A DNA stretch of 64,000 nt from positions 167,278,001 to 167,342,000 of the forward strand of contig NC_086097.1 of NCBI RefSeq assembly GCF_963921235.1. The letters are read 5' to 3'. The notes beneath the pieces are model-generated. The model was not told the DNA's origin. It did no database searches and saw nothing but the letters and a program-made list of their open reading frames with translations. Numbering within the stretch: position 1 is the first letter of the stretch; every line of letters starts with the position of its first letter. The DNA is from Mobula hypostoma (Eukaryota). Of this stretch, positions 61,810 to 64,000 are shown piece by piece. Made by a program: the position numbers and the translations under genes.

Positions 61810-62610
61810 TGGATCAGAATCAGGCGTACAGTATTATCACTCTCTTATATGACATAAAATTCATTGCTTTGCAGCAGTAGTGCAAAGAATGTAAAGAAAT
61901 AGATAATGAAGTCGTGTCCATGGATTCATGAATCTGACAGCGGAGGGGAAGAAACTGTCTCTAAAATGTTGATTGTGGGTCTTCAGTCACCAGTATCTCC
62001 TCCTTGATGGTAGCAGCAAGATGGTGAGGATATATCAAGATGGATGCTGTCTTCTTGAGGCACTGCCTCTTGAAGACATCTTCAATGGTGGGGAATGTTT
62101 TGCCCATGATGGAGCTAGTTGAATCTACAACATCTGCAGCCACTTGTGATCCTTTGTATTGGAGCCTCCATGCTAGGCACTGATGCAACCAGTTAGAATG
62201 CTTTCCACTGTACATCTGTCATAATTTGCAAGAGCCTTTGGTAAACTCCCAAATCTCCTCACACTCCTAATGAAGTAGAGCTGCTTGATCTTCATGATGG
62301 CATCAATGTGTTGGGCTTAAAACAGATCCTTGGAGACGTTAACACCCAGAAACTTAAAGCTGCTCGTCCTTTCCACTGCAGACTCCTTGACGAGGACTGG
62401 TGCGTGTTTTTCCAACTTCCCCTTGCTGAAGCCCACAATTCGTTCCTTGGTCTAGTTGATGTTGAACGCAGGGTTGTTATTGTAGCATCACTCAACCAGT
62501 GGATCAATCTCACTCTTGTATACCTCCTCATTCTCATTTGAGATTTTTCCACCATTAGTAGTGTCACTTACAGGTTTAAGGGTTTAATCTGAGCTGTGTT
62601 TGTCACACAA
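61810..62610 (-). mobile_element. Decayed Rex1-type fragments
   Basis: SSIMGKTFPTIEDVFKRQCLKKTAS and tttaagtttctgggtgttaac on the minus strand. Confidence 0.65.
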
Positions 62611-62624
62611 TCATGAATGTAGAG

Positions 62625-62950
62625 ATTCAAGTCAATTCAAGTACATTTATTATCAAACAATGTATAACTTATACAACCTGCAGATTTGCTTGCTACAAGT
62701 GGCCACAAAGCAAGAAAACCAAAAGAACCCAATTAAAAAGAAAGGATAAAAATAAAAATAGAAGACTAACACTCCTTGTGCAAGAGAAAGAAAAAATTAG
62801 GCAAACAATTTAAGTGAACAACAGCATTCCAAACCAAAAATGAGTCCTCAAATCCAAACCACGGAGAAGCCTAGAGTAGGCCTAAAGCCTCCCTTTATCA
62901 GTTCATCATATTACTGGGCATGGAGCACAGTAGCCGGGGCAGGCTTAATA
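62625..62950 (-). mobile_element. 3' part of the non-autonomous family seen at 17315 and 50270
   Basis: tttattatcaaac...tacaacctgcagatttgc...gtaggcctaaagcctc. Confidence 0.6.
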
Positions 62951-63029
62951 GAGCAGTGGTTAAGCATGCATCTTGAGGTGCACCTGAATTCTTTGTCAGC
63001 GAAAAGGTGATGTGGACTCAACCATTTAA

Positions 63030-63460
63030 TTACAGGTACAGCTATCCCCACCATTGAGGACATCTACAAGAAGCAATGCCTCAGGAAGGCAATATCGTTA
63101 TCAGGGAACCCACAGTCTGGGCCATGCCCTCTTCTTAATGCTGCCATCAGGCAGGAGCTACAAGAACCACAGCTCAAAGTTTAATAGCAGCTTCTTCCCC
63201 ACTGTCCTCAGGTTCCTGAACTGACCTGAGAAACCCTAATATCACCTCAGACTTTATTTCTTTTCTCTCGCTACCTTAACTTGTACTGGTGACATTCTGT
63301 TTGTAATTTACGTTTACATTGTTTACAAACATTCTGTTTGTAATTATGTTAGTTGGAGTTTATATTATTTTGTTTGTCATGTTTGTAATGTATAGTGTTA
63401 TGGCAAGAAGTGAATTTTCATGGTATCTGTACCCATGACAATAAACTTGAACTGGAACTC
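63030..63460 (+). mobile_element. Rex1-type 3' fragment
   Basis: ccccaccattgaggacatctacaag...cagcttcttccc...catgacaataaacttgaactggaact. Confidence 0.65.
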
Positions 63461-64000
63461 ATGCTCACATCCAATGTATGCTCCATAATTTTAAGCTGTC
63501 TTTAGAGTGTAAAGCAAACAAAATCTGCAAATGCTGCAAAACTAAATTAAATACAGAATTCAGGATAGAAGTTTCTGACCTGAATAATAGTCTCTATTTC
63601 CCTCTCCTGCTGCTGTCTGCCCTGCTGATTATCTCCAACATTTTCTGTTTCTAGATCTTTATCGTGACTAGATTAGATTCAACTGTATTGTCATTGTGCC
63701 GAGTACAGATACAAAGCCAATGAAATGCAGTTAGCATCTGACCAGAAATACAAAGAATCGTGTTATTTACAAAATAAATTTTGTAAATAACACTATTACA
63801 TAATATAATACAATAACAAATGACTTTCCTTGAATAAAACAATGGATGTTGTAGTTCAAAATTGTGATCAAGTTTGAAGATGCTTCACTATCTACACTAG
63901 AGATCAGAAGTGATGCCACTAACCTTTAGTAGAGACCTGGACAGTGTAAAAAAAAGAAAAGAAATATGCAATACTGCCAAAATGCATGCAAGGTTTGAGG

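Noticed and set aside
1..64000. CRISPR arrays, operons or other prokaryotic systems; the many 60-150 aa ORFs
   Set aside because: The sequence is vertebrate repeat-rich DNA with no repeat-spacer array. The short ORFs are TE remnants, antisense frames or random.

Overview
Repeat-saturated vertebrate genomic DNA. The repeat repertoire (HE1/V-SINE-like SINEs, CR1/HER1-type LINEs, abundant Penelope ends) points by inference to a cartilaginous fish, probably a ray. I recognise no intact cellular protein-coding gene. Nearly all long ORFs come from retroelements: several CR1 LINE families (including three young, near-identical copies), Rex1/Babar LINE fragments with non-autonomous derivatives, Penelope-like elements (PLEs), two decayed Gypsy-type LTR retrotransposons, solo LTRs, RTE-related short elements, tRNA-derived SINEs and a TA-flanked MITE. 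Many are nested three deep. The most notable structure is a 217-bp PLE-derived insertion (5299-5515) with a 12-bp TSD. It folds into a perfect 87-bp inverted repeat and carries an intact minimal type I hammerhead ribozyme (GUC at 5446-5448), and about ten decayed copies of the motif occur across the window. Three possible minus-strand exons with good splice signals lie in unique sequence, but they are low confidence. All family assignments are by eye, boundaries of old fragments are approximate, and I see no firm evidence for a wholly new biological system.
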